In this document: positions 37,220-47,064 of the stretch, one piece after another
Numbering within the stretch: position 1 is the stretch's first letter
Layout: the number at the start of each line of letters is the position of its first letter
DNA from: Candidatus Heimdallarchaeum aukensis
GTDB taxonomy: Archaea > Asgardarchaeota > Heimdallarchaeia > Heimdallarchaeales > Heimdallarchaeaceae
Reading direction: 5' to 3'
DNA: 64,000 nt
Assembly: GCA_021513695.1 (NCBI GenBank)
Contig: CP084166.1
Span: 800,001-864,000, forward strand
Made by a program: the position numbers and the translations under genes
Notes under the pieces: model-generated
What the model saw: only the letters and a program-made list of their open reading frames with translations
What the model was told of the DNA's origin: nothing
Database searches by the model: none

Positions 37220-38689
37220 TTATTCTTCTGAATTTATTTTAGGAACAACTTCAATTTTTTCTTTTTCATCTATTACTATAGGTTCTTTGAAACTTATCCA
37301 GTAAGTCTTATTCATTATTGTGTCTACATCTAGTCTGTTTGAAACTTCTTTTGTTCCTAAACTAGCTAATCTTATAATAAACCATTCAAAACTGTATTTA
37401 AAGTTCTTTTTACTCCAAGTAACAATCAGTAAATGATAACAATAGGTAACGAACAACGCTACTAAAAGGGCATATCCTGCTTTTTCATATGGGAGTTTAT
37501 CCCTTACTAGGTCATCGTCTACAAGAAAACTAAACAGCCAACGAGGAAGCAAGGAAAATATCTGTAAAGAAAAAACTGTAAGAGCTACAGTTCCCCATAA
37601 CCGCATCGTTCTGACAAATTTTCTATTTGCAAACTTTTCAGGGTTACCTTTAAATTCTACATAATTTAGCAATAATGCTACCACTCCGATCCAAGCAAAA
37701 AGAAGAAACATGAAATATGACAGATTAGGTCTATTCCAAGTAAAATCAAAACGAACTAATGGATCTTTTGTTATCTCTCCAATAACCAGTAAAATTCCCC
37801 CTAAAATCGCAAATCCAAAACTTGCTATTCCTAAATATTGGGGAAGTTTTTTTGATGGTTTTGGTTTAGCTAGTAGTATCCCTATAATTGAACCAATAAA
37901 TGATACTGATAGGAAGGGGAATAAGGGTTCTAAATCTCCTGCTAAAACAACAAAAATATAGGTTTTAAAGTTGTGATAACTTCGAGCAGTTACTTCATCT
38001 GGCCATTTAGGATAAAGAGGATCAATTAACCTCCAAAGAGGATAACTTAAAGCTAAAATTGCGAAAGCTAATCCGGCATAAATAAGAACATTACGTTTGA
38101 TTTTCAAATATCCTTTGTTTTTAATTAAGAAGTAATGAATTATACCATTGATAATCATACACCAACCAATTGCTTGCAGAGTTTCCATGGTGAAAAAAGC
38201 CCTACCAAATCTTAGCCAAAAATCTTGTACTGTGTGGATAGCCCACGGTGTAGTCCCCTTTGATCTTATTGAAGTGCCAATATATCCGTAATAAAGTAAT
38301 CCTTCTGTTATTGCTCCTACGATTAGTAATCCAACTCCTGTAAGTATTTGTTTGGCTAAAATTTTGTTAGGGTCATAACCTTTTGCTGCTTTTTTAGTCA
38401 TAGCTAAAACATTGACTATAGCAGAAATTAAAAGAAAATACCCTGCCCATCCACTTAAGAATGCTATTAGAAAAACACTAGCAATAATAAGTGGGCTTTT
38501 TTGTAAAAGTTGGTCTATATTAGTTGCCCACGAAATATCGTACATATGTTGTATCTCATGGAGAAGGACCATCATAAAAATCGCCAACCCTCTCTGAAAG
38601 TCTAGAGAGGCTATTCTTTTCATTTGTTTTACTTCTTTCATTTCAACTGATTCTTTTGTTAAAGTTGACATTTTACGCTCTCTTTTCAA
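37220..38689 (-). CDS. Polytopic membrane protein, DUF1624/HGSNAT-like acyltransferase-type (489 aa)
   Basis: N-terminal ASLDFQRGLAIFMMVLLHE is typical of that family. ~11 TM. Confidence 0.45.
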   Translation of the reverse strand: MKRERKMSTLTKESVEMKEVKQMKRIASLDFQRGLAIFMMVLLHEIQHMYDISWATNIDQLLQKSPLIIASVFLIAFLSGWAGYFLLISAIVNVLAMTKKAAKGYDPNKILAKQILTGVGLLIVGAITEGLLYYGYIGTSIRSKGTTPWAIHTVQDFWLRFGRAFFTMETLQAIGWCMIINGIIHYFLIKNKGYLKIKRNVLIYAGLAFAILALSYPLWRLIDPLYPKWPDEVTARSYHNFKTYIFVVLAGDLEPLFPFLSVSFIGSIIGILLAKPKPSKKLPQYLGIASFGFAILGGILLVIGEITKDPLVRFDFTWNRPNLSYFMFLLFAWIGVVALLLNYVEFKGNPEKFANRKFVRTMRLWGTVALTVFSLQIFSLLPRWLFSFLVDDDLVRDKLPYEKAGYALLVALFVTYCYHLLIVTWSKKNFKYSFEWFIIRLASLGTKEVSNRLDVDTIMNKTYWISFKEPIVIDEKEKIEVVPKINSEE

Positions 38690-38823
38690 AGTCTTTTCCG
38701 CTGTCTTTTAAAACTTTCTTTAATCTTTGTATATAACTAATAGAAGGAGAGAAAATAGAGTGAGTTTATTTCAATTCAATTAACCAAATAAAAATTAAAT
38801 TAAAAACTAAATGATAAAAGCAC

Positions 38824-40185
38824 TTATTCTTTTTCATTATCCTTCTCTATAAGTTTAAAGAAACTGGCTTTTTCATTTGGGTAAATTAATGTTGACATTC
38901 CTACTGAAGTTCTGTTAATTATCTCCTTCCCTTCAAGTTTGTTCAAAATTCGAGAGACTGTAGCTTGGGATAAACCTGTTTTTGCAGCAATAGACGCTTG
39001 ATTTTGTCCTGGTTTTTCTATTATTATTTTCATAATCTTCTCCTCCTTCTCATTCAGGAATTTGGAAAGCTTGCCTAAATCGTATTTTTTTGTTTTCTTC
39101 TTTTCTATTTTTGCTACTTCTTCCTTGCTGTTCTGCCAGATAAAGAAAATTATCACTAAACTAGCAATCAAGAAAGAAAAAAGAAAAATAGATACTATCA
39201 TCCAAGGGTTAATATCAGCAACAACATAAGCATGAACTGTACATTCTGTTACTTGTTTGGACAAATTAGATTGGAAGATTATTTTACCCGATCGTTCTCC
39301 AGCTTGAAGTTTTATTTCAATAGTTACTTTTTTTTGTTCCAAAGGAAGAAGATCAATAGTTTTGTATTTAGTTGAAATCCAAGTAACGTTAGCTGTAATG
39401 TTTACCTGTTGATGAACATTCAAGATATTTGTTAAAGTAAAAATCTGTTTAATTTTATTAGCACTTCGAGGAATATATCCTACTTCCCATACCAGCGGAG
39501 AAACTAAAAAGACATTTTCCAAAGATTTGTACTTAATTAATAAAACAAAGTTACTTGAATCAGCGTAGTTCCAAGTAAGTTTTAATTTTTCTCCTATAGT
39601 GCTGATTGTTTGTGGCTCAGGATTAGAAGAGTATAAAGAAAGACTGTTTGTTAGAAAAGTGGTTATTGAAAGAATAGAGACTGATTGGGTGAAAAAAATC
39701 CTAAAATCAAAATTTAAAGTTCCTTGCTCCTCTTTATTTTCGCTTAAAAATACAATATAGAAAGAGTATTTTTCACCTACTGAAAGAGCACGAGGAAATC
39801 TGTAAATTATCTCAGTATATCCACTTGTTAAGTTATAAGAAGATGAAATAAGGAGATTTCTTCCTAAACTATCAGAAACTAGTAATTGAGAGATATTCCC
39901 CCAAATAAAAACCTTATCTGTAATTGAAGTAGCGTTTTCTTTAGTTTGCAAATACTCAATACTTACATTACAACGTGAAGAGAGAAAATAAATATCAATC
40001 ACTATATCAACAGAAACAATTTTAGCAGAATTTACAAGTTTAGGTTTTTTGTAAGACGATATCTCAGGAGAGTAATCATCCTTAAGATTTAAGTTTACAC
40101 CAAATAATGGTTGAAATAATAGTAGCACAAAAACAATTACGAAAAATTTCTTTACAGATGAAGATTTTACCATTTTCTTATTCAC
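38824..40185 (-). CDS. Membrane-tethered transcription regulator: signal peptide, ~300-aa extracellular domain, one TM, cytoplasmic C-terminal wHTH (MarR/TrmB-like)
   Basis: C-terminus GQNQASIAAKTGLSQATVSRILNKLEGKEIINR is an HTH with a wing. TM WMIVSIFLFSFLIASLVIIFFIW lies at ~330-355. Confidence 0.55.
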   Translation of the reverse strand: MNKKMVKSSSVKKFFVIVFVLLLFQPLFGVNLNLKDDYSPEISSYKKPKLVNSAKIVSVDIVIDIYFLSSRCNVSIEYLQTKENATSITDKVFIWGNISQLLVSDSLGRNLLISSSYNLTSGYTEIIYRFPRALSVGEKYSFYIVFLSENKEEQGTLNFDFRIFFTQSVSILSITTFLTNSLSLYSSNPEPQTISTIGEKLKLTWNYADSSNFVLLIKYKSLENVFLVSPLVWEVGYIPRSANKIKQIFTLTNILNVHQQVNITANVTWISTKYKTIDLLPLEQKKVTIEIKLQAGERSGKIIFQSNLSKQVTECTVHAYVVADINPWMIVSIFLFSFLIASLVIIFFIWQNSKEEVAKIEKKKTKKYDLGKLSKFLNEKEEKIMKIIIEKPGQNQASIAAKTGLSQATVSRILNKLEGKEIINRTSVGMSTLIYPNEKASFFKLIEKDNEKE

Positions 40186-40258
40186 TAAGGATTACGCGTT
40201 TTTATTTCTTTTTTATTTCTTATCAAATAAAAAAATAAAAAGAAAAAAGAGGATAATT

Positions 40259-41800
40259 TTAGAATTCAACATCAACATAATCAAAGAATTCAAGATAAGT
40301 CACTTCTAATTCTCCATTTCCGTTGTCATCTATTATTTCTATCCAAAGCCCACCGTTATCATTTGAATAGAGTTCAACATACCAATAACCATATGAAAAG
40401 CTTATCCACATCTCATAATCAGGATTATCTTGAATGAATTGTTGAACTTCAGGCAAAGTTAAAGCAAATTTTTCTACTTCTTGTTCTGTATGGAGAGGAG
40501 GTTCAGGGATATAGTATTCTAAATAGATTACTTCTCCAGTAATGTCATCTATTTCTGCAAAAAGATAAGCTTCCCAAGAGAAAGAAGAGTAAATGTCTAT
40601 ATACCAGTATCCAAAACCATCGTACCAGATGTACATTTCAGTATCTTCCACGTTTGCTAGAAATTCTTGCACTTCTGGTAAAGCTAAAGCAATTGCCTTT
40701 ATCTCTTCTTCTGTGTGAATAGCAGGAGTGGTCATCAGTTTATCTATAATTTCTCCTGTTGTATCGTCAATATATAGTTCGATCCAATCAGTATAGTTGT
40801 AATTATAAAAACCAACTACCCAAGTAACGTTGGTAGAATAATCAATTGGATAACCTATTTCTCCATTTTCAGTGTCTACTGTGTTTATAGTATTAGTTCC
40901 TTCATCTCCATTGTTATCGTTTATTTCTCCTATTTCAGGGACAGTCATATTATCTCCAAATTCCTCATCATAACAGTAAAACCAGTCCATTAAATAAACA
41001 TAAACTTCGTAATCAGGATTGTTTGTAATAAATGTTTGAACATCAGGGTCAGTCAGCGCTATTTCTACAACCTCTTGTGGAGTAAGAGTAGTATTGTATA
41101 TATCCTCTGAAGAATAAACATCTACTATTTCTCCTGTAACATCGTCAATAGTAACAGTACACCATGAAAAGTAATATTCATCATAAAAATCAACAAACCA
41201 GTATTGATAAAAGTCATAGTAGGCATATACTTCATATTCAGGATTTTGCTCTATAAAGTTTTTAACTTCCTCATTCTCTAAAGCAATGGCTATAACTTGC
41301 TCCTCTGTTAGATTAGACTCATCCGAATAATAGAATGCTTCACTTTCAACAACTTCACCAGTATTATCTTCAACAATAGCATAAGCATAACTCATCCAGT
41401 CATCAGCATAAAACTCCACATACCAATAACCAAATCCATCGTAATAACAATATTCTTCCACACTAGAATAATTAGAAAGAAATTCTTGTATTGTAGGATC
41501 GCTTTTAGCTATGTTTTTCACTTGCTCCTCAGTTAATTTGGCAGGTATTGTATCATTATATTCTGTATAATCTGTATTGTCACTAGTATTTTCATCATTT
41601 CCTTGTTCATTATTAATAAAAATAGGTGGTAATTCTTTATTCTTTTTAGCATTTGTTCCAACTACTATTCCAATGGCAATAGAAGAAATGAACAAGCTCA
41701 TGAAAGCAGTAACCAAAATTTTTTGCTTCAAATTCATGTTTTCACCACTATAACATTCTATGAAATAAGACTTATACCTTACTTGAAAGATATGTTTCAA
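40259..41800 (-). CDS. Secreted/anchored protein with 5 tandem PepSY-like repeats; likely start at MNLKQK (~41737)
   Basis: Recurrent ~75-aa unit T(E/P)E(Q/E)V..IAL..PEVQ.F...NPDYE...Y..F.YWYV. Confidence 0.5.
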   Translation of the reverse strand: MKHIFQVRYKSYFIECYSGENMNLKQKILVTAFMSLFISSIAIGIVVGTNAKKNKELPPIFINNEQGNDENTSDNTDYTEYNDTIPAKLTEEQVKNIAKSDPTIQEFLSNYSSVEEYCYYDGFGYWYVEFYADDWMSYAYAIVEDNTGEVVESEAFYYSDESNLTEEQVIAIALENEEVKNFIEQNPEYEVYAYYDFYQYWFVDFYDEYYFSWCTVTIDDVTGEIVDVYSSEDIYNTTLTPQEVVEIALTDPDVQTFITNNPDYEVYVYLMDWFYCYDEEFGDNMTVPEIGEINDNNGDEGTNTINTVDTENGEIGYPIDYSTNVTWVVGFYNYNYTDWIELYIDDTTGEIIDKLMTTPAIHTEEEIKAIALALPEVQEFLANVEDTEMYIWYDGFGYWYIDIYSSFSWEAYLFAEIDDITGEVIYLEYYIPEPPLHTEQEVEKFALTLPEVQQFIQDNPDYEMWISFSYGYWYVELYSNDNGGLWIEIIDDNGNGELEVTYLEFFDYVDVEF

Positions 41801-41863
41801 AAAATGAAATTAAAGATTAGAGAGTAAAAAAATGAAAAAAACATTTATTTTCCTCCAGGCAAA

Positions 41864-42745
41864 TTATCTTTTCAGGCTTTCTTCCGAATTATAAGGCTCT
41901 ATATGGATAACTATATCCTTGAAAACGCCTGTGTCCTCAAGTTTTTTCTTAAGTTTCTCAGCAATAGCATGAGCATCTTTTACTATCATATCTTCATCTA
42001 CAAGAAGATGAAAATCTCCTGTCCATTGATCGTAAATTCTACGTAATCTTACGAGATGAACCTCTTTAACATGCTCACACTCTAAACCTTTTTCTTCAAT
42101 AAGTTTAACTATATCTTCAGGAGGACCTCTATCTAATAAAATAGGTAAACTGTCTTTAGCGATATCATAACCAGTAAGGATGATAACAACGACAATTAAT
42201 AAAGCTAACACAGGGTCTAACCAGTAAACTTCGAAATAAGCTCCAATAATTGCTCCAACAACTAAAAAAGAAGCAATTACATCACTACGAAAGTTTTTGC
42301 TCAATGAAAGTATAGAAGGAGAATTGAGCTTCTTTCCAATAACAAATAAAACATAAGACAAAAAGAACTTACCAACAATACTCGTTAAAGCAACAATAAG
42401 AATAATCCATTCAAAAACTAAAAAATCTTGGTTAATCAGTCTACTAATCGCTTCTTCTGCGATCTGGTAAGAAGAAAAAATCATGAATACAACTATAGCC
42501 AAACTTAGAAGAAATTGGAACTTTTCATGACCAAAAGGATGATCACGGTCAGCAGGCTTCTTACCCATCTTTTCGCCAACACCAGCAAAAATAGACATAA
42601 TAAGATCAAGCAAAGAATCAAAACCATCAGCCAATAAACTAACAGAATTAAACAATATTCCAACGACAATCTTTAGAATCATTAATATTGAATTAATAAA
42701 TAAAGACAATCCAGTAGCAATAAAATTTAAACTAAATTTTGCCAT
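41864..42745 (-). CDS. Cation diffusion facilitator (CDF) family metal efflux transporter
   Basis: 6 TM plus C-terminal cytoplasmic domain. SLLADGFDSLLDLI motif in TM2. Confidence 0.8.
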   Translation of the reverse strand: MAKFSLNFIATGLSLFINSILMILKIVVGILFNSVSLLADGFDSLLDLIMSIFAGVGEKMGKKPADRDHPFGHEKFQFLLSLAIVVFMIFSSYQIAEEAISRLINQDFLVFEWIILIVALTSIVGKFFLSYVLFVIGKKLNSPSILSLSKNFRSDVIASFLVVGAIIGAYFEVYWLDPVLALLIVVVIILTGYDIAKDSLPILLDRGPPEDIVKLIEEKGLECEHVKEVHLVRLRRIYDQWTGDFHLLVDEDMIVKDAHAIAEKLKKKLEDTGVFKDIVIHIEPYNSEESLKR

Positions 42746-42978
42746 AAAGGATTTTTTTTTTGATATCCAATAAACTTTTCTTTATGTATAAGGTTTTCAA
42801 TGTTCTAAATATCTGCTTAAGTTTAAAGTTGATAAATAATAATCATACTAGTATATTATTATAAAATAAATTTGAGATAAAAATGTAGAAAAAATCATTT
42901 CTCAAAATTGAGTATTTAATAATAATCAAACAGGATATCTTCAAGTTTTTTCAGTAGAAAATAGAAAAAAGTAAAAAA

Positions 42979-43950
42979 TTATTTAACAGTACTTTTTCCA
43001 ATCCAATTGATGTATTTCTTTAATCCTTCGTCAATAGTTATTTTTGGTTCATAACCAAGTAACTTTTTTGCTTTCGTTATATCTGCTAAAGTTTCAACTG
43101 GGTCAGACTTATATCCCTCTTTATAGATAATTTTTGCTTTTTTACCAATATATCGCTCAATCTTTTTAATTAAAGAAGAAAGAGAAATTGATTTTCCAGT
43201 TCCTAAATTAATGATTTCAAACTTTATTCTTTTTTTCGCCGCCCTCATAAATCCGTCAACAATATCGTCAATATAAGTAAAATCCCGCCTAGTGGACCCA
43301 TCACCATTAACAACGATTGCTTTATCTTGTCTGATTGCATTAACAAATCGAGAGATAGCCATATCAGGCCGTTGATGCGGACCATAGACAGTAAAAAGTC
43401 TTAAGGAGCAAAAATTAATGTCATATAAATAAGAATAAGTTTCACCATATAATTCACAAGAACGTTTACTTACAGCATAAGGAGAAATAGGTTGTGGAGC
43501 CATTGTTTCCTTTAAATATCCTTCATTATTTCCATAAACAGAAGATGAACTGCTAAAAATAAATTGACTAATATCATACATTCTACATAATTCTAATAAA
43601 TTGTTTGTAACCTTTATATTGTTATCAACGTATTTTAGAGGTTCAACAATTGATTCTCTAACTCCTACATTTGCCGCTAAATGAATAATGTTATCAATAT
43701 TATACTGCTTAAAAATAGTCTTGATTTTTGAAATTTCAAGCAAATTTTTTTCAACAAATAAGAAATTATTGCGTTTTTTTAGATTCTTAACTCTATTAGA
43801 TTGAATTAAATGATCATAACTTGCACTTAAATTATCTATTCCAATGATATTATTTTTTGAAAGTAAAAGAGTCTTACATAAATTGAAACCTATGAATCCT
43901 GCACAACCAGTAATAAGAATATTCTTTGCATCAAAATTGTTATTACTCAT
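42979..43950 (-). CDS. NAD-dependent sugar epimerase/dehydratase (SDR family)
   Basis: ITGCAGFIGFNL Rossmann motif, YxxxK (YAVSK). Confidence 0.8.
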   Translation of the reverse strand: MSNNNFDAKNILITGCAGFIGFNLCKTLLLSKNNIIGIDNLSASYDHLIQSNRVKNLKKRNNFLFVEKNLLEISKIKTIFKQYNIDNIIHLAANVGVRESIVEPLKYVDNNIKVTNNLLELCRMYDISQFIFSSSSSVYGNNEGYLKETMAPQPISPYAVSKRSCELYGETYSYLYDINFCSLRLFTVYGPHQRPDMAISRFVNAIRQDKAIVVNGDGSTRRDFTYIDDIVDGFMRAAKKRIKFEIINLGTGKSISLSSLIKKIERYIGKKAKIIYKEGYKSDPVETLADITKAKKLLGYEPKITIDEGLKKYINWIGKSTVK

Positions 43951-44016
43951 TTATCAACAAGAAATTCTACTGTATAAAAATTGTATGCTATATAATCAAA
44001 AAGAATAGAAAATAGA

Positions 44017-45024
44017 CTAAATAACCCCATTTCTAATAAATGAATAGTCACCTACTTTAAGAGAATGAGCTTTTAATCCAATTACATCACTATTTGTTCC
44101 AACAACAGAATCAGAAATAAATACTCTTTCTAGCCTTGAATTTTCTAATATAACAGAATTTTTAATTTCACTGTTTTCTACCTTAACCCCTTTCTCTATC
44201 ATTACATAAGGGCCAATAGTAGATGAGTGAATTTCGCAGTCTTCAGCAATATATACAGGTGGAATTATGCTAGAATTCGTGACATTTCCAAGCACTTTAT
44301 GAGTTTTTTCATTTAAATAGTGTTTATTCACCTCTAATAAATCTTCAGGATACCCAATATCTAACCTCCAACCATGTATTTTTGAAACCTTAACTCGATA
44401 ATTATTGTCAACTAATTTTTGTATTGCATCTGTGAGCTCATATTCTCCACGAGCTGAAGGCTGTAACCCAGATGTCATCTGAAATATTATTGGAGAAAAA
44501 ACATAGAAACCTGAAATAACATAGTTACTCTTAGGGGTTTTTGGTTTTTCTTCAACAGATATAACATTATCACTATCATCTATCTCAACAACACCAAATC
44601 GTTGAGGATTTTCATGCTTTTCAATGTGTAAAGTTGCAGCAGCATTTGAAGAAATATGAAGATCAATAACTTTTTTCAAGTTTGCAGAAAATAGATTATC
44701 ACCTAATAAAACAACAAAGTCTCTTGATATTTTGTCTTCTATTAGATTTACGGCTGCAGCTAAACCATGAGCTTGATTTGTGTGCTGAATTACATAAGAA
44801 ATGTTCATTCCTAAATCTTGTCCATTCTTGAAATAATCAATAATTGCATTTCTTTGATAACCAACAACTATAATAATATCATTAATATCTAACATATCAC
44901 GCATGTATTCAATTGAGCGATGCAAGATAGGTTTTCCTGCGACTGGTAAAAGATGTTTTGGTCTAAAACTTGTAAAGGGTAGTAAGCGACTTCCATGGCC
45001 TGCTGCTAAAATAACTCCTTTCAT
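44017..45024 (-). CDS. Sugar-1-phosphate nucleotidyltransferase with C-terminal left-handed beta-helix
   Basis: MKGVILAAGHGSRLLPFT...KHLLPV N-terminus. Hexapeptide repeats at the C-terminus. Confidence 0.8.
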   Translation of the reverse strand: MKGVILAAGHGSRLLPFTSFRPKHLLPVAGKPILHRSIEYMRDMLDINDIIIVVGYQRNAIIDYFKNGQDLGMNISYVIQHTNQAHGLAAAVNLIEDKISRDFVVLLGDNLFSANLKKVIDLHISSNAAATLHIEKHENPQRFGVVEIDDSDNVISVEEKPKTPKSNYVISGFYVFSPIIFQMTSGLQPSARGEYELTDAIQKLVDNNYRVKVSKIHGWRLDIGYPEDLLEVNKHYLNEKTHKVLGNVTNSSIIPPVYIAEDCEIHSSTIGPYVMIEKGVKVENSEIKNSVILENSRLERVFISDSVVGTNSDVIGLKAHSLKVGDYSFIRNGVI

Positions 45025-45837
45025 TTTGTAACTCCATACTTTATGTAATATAAAAACTATTCTTTTTGAATTTGTTGTTTAAAAACCAACATAATTTAGA
45101 TAATAAATATGAATAAAACAAACAGTTATTAATTTATATAATACTTGGCATTTATATCGGCATTGAATAATAAAAATATATTAAGGCAAAGGAAATTTCT
45201 GAACGAAAATTCTATTTTGATAATCAATGTTATTAAAAACAATCTTTCAACTTACTTAAATATAAGTTCATAAATTTTAAGTGTTCAAATTTTGTTTGAG
45301 AATTCATTTTTTGTTATTTTAATAAAACTAACTATACATAGATATAGTAGGCATGTCCAAAAATTAATTATTATTAATGTAGAGAGTATATGTAAGAATT
45401 ATGACACACTTCCAGATTATAGACCTCACAAAGAAAAAGAATTTATAATCATTAATAGACTTTTCTTAAGAAACTTGTAAAAGAAAAAAAATTGAAAGTA
45501 AAAGAGGAAGAAAAAGAATAAAGAAAAAGAGATGCAGAGTAATGCTAACCTTAGTGATTATTGTAAGAATAGAAAAAATAGTTTGTAGAAAATTAGAAGA
45601 AAAATTGTCTCTTTGAGATTTTTTGATAATGGAGTGATAGATGACGAATATTTCTTTAAAATCTACTTTCGCACTGTATGAAGATTGGGAGACAGTAAGG
45701 TGTTAGAGCAATGGATAATAATGAGTACTATTTTCAATAATTCGCTTAATATTTTAGGTTTATAATTACCATATAAAACACAGATATCCTACAGAAGAGA
45801 CAAGCAGTATATATAAAAGACTTAAAAAACACTCATA

Positions 45838-46575
45838 TCAGTTAAATACATTTTTCATTTTATAGAATATCCTTCTCGGAATCAAACTTAATTGATATAA
45901 AATCATTGATGGAATAAAATTTCTTAATTTTATCGAGGATGACTCATTTTGATATATAGCTTTCATTTCTATTTCTTTAATTTTTGCATTAATTAAACTT
46001 AATTCAAAAAGCATGCTATTCTCAAAAGTATAACCAGCATTCAGCTTTTCATGTCTAATCTTTTTAAATGTTTCTTTTTTCATTGCTGTATAACCATTTT
46101 GGGCATCATTCACATTCCAATAACCTGTTGTAATTTTAGTTATCCATGTAAGAATTTTATTTCCAATAAATCGATATTTTGGCATTTGCTCCCTCAATTT
46201 CTTATTTGACATTCTATTTCCTTTAGCAAAATCATAATCTTCATCTATAAGAGGATCCAAAAACTTGGGTAAAAGTTCAGCTTTCATTTGTCCATCACCG
46301 TCTATACGAACAAAAATGTCAGCTCCTAATTCTTCACCTAACAAGAAGCCATTTACAGTGGATTTACCAACACCTTGGTTGGTTTCATGGACAATAATAT
46401 GTAATCTCTCTTCTTTGATATTTTTCAATATCTTCAATGTATTATCTGTACTTTTATCATCAATAACAATAATAAAATCTATAAATTCTGGAATCTCTTT
46501 GATTACTTCTTCGATGTGATCCTCTTCATTATATACTGGTATTACTAGACATATTTTCTTATTTTTATACAACAC
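45838..46575 (-). CDS. Family 2 glycosyltransferase (Dpm1-like)
   Basis: LVIPVYNEEDHI...IDDKSTDNT...DGD DxD motifs. Confidence 0.75.
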   Translation of the reverse strand: MLYKNKKICLVIPVYNEEDHIEEVIKEIPEFIDFIIVIDDKSTDNTLKILKNIKEERLHIIVHETNQGVGKSTVNGFLLGEELGADIFVRIDGDGQMKAELLPKFLDPLIDEDYDFAKGNRMSNKKLREQMPKYRFIGNKILTWITKITTGYWNVNDAQNGYTAMKKETFKKIRHEKLNAGYTFENSMLFELSLINAKIKEIEMKAIYQNESSSIKLRNFIPSMILYQLSLIPRRIFYKMKNVFN

Positions 46576-47064
46576 AAATAACCTCCAGGTTCGTGTTTTA
46601 TGCCTTTATTCTATTTGATTTATTTAATTTTTTCTAGTAGACAATAGCGATAAGCTTAAGACACAGTGCTAACTTTTGAAATTACAACAAAAAGAATAAG
46701 CTACAAGAAACACAAGCAAAATGAAATAAAATTAGGAAGAAGAACAGAAAAGACTTCCGAATGAAAAAAATATCTTTATAGAAGAAAATTAGGCATAAGC
46801 TATAATGAAAAAATATCTATGTGTGAAATGCTGATACTCTAGACAGATGATATAAGTATTCATTTTCTGAAATTACTCTTATAAACTATTTATACTATAA
46901 TATGTACTCTAGTTCTTTATACGATTAACTATTTGTCTGTCTTATTATAGAGGTGTTGAAAAGTTAAATAAACTATAAATTTATAGTAAGAAGTCGCCCT
47001 ATTTCAACAATAACAATTATATATAGATATTTAAAGGCTAACAAGAAAAGGAAATACTTAAACG

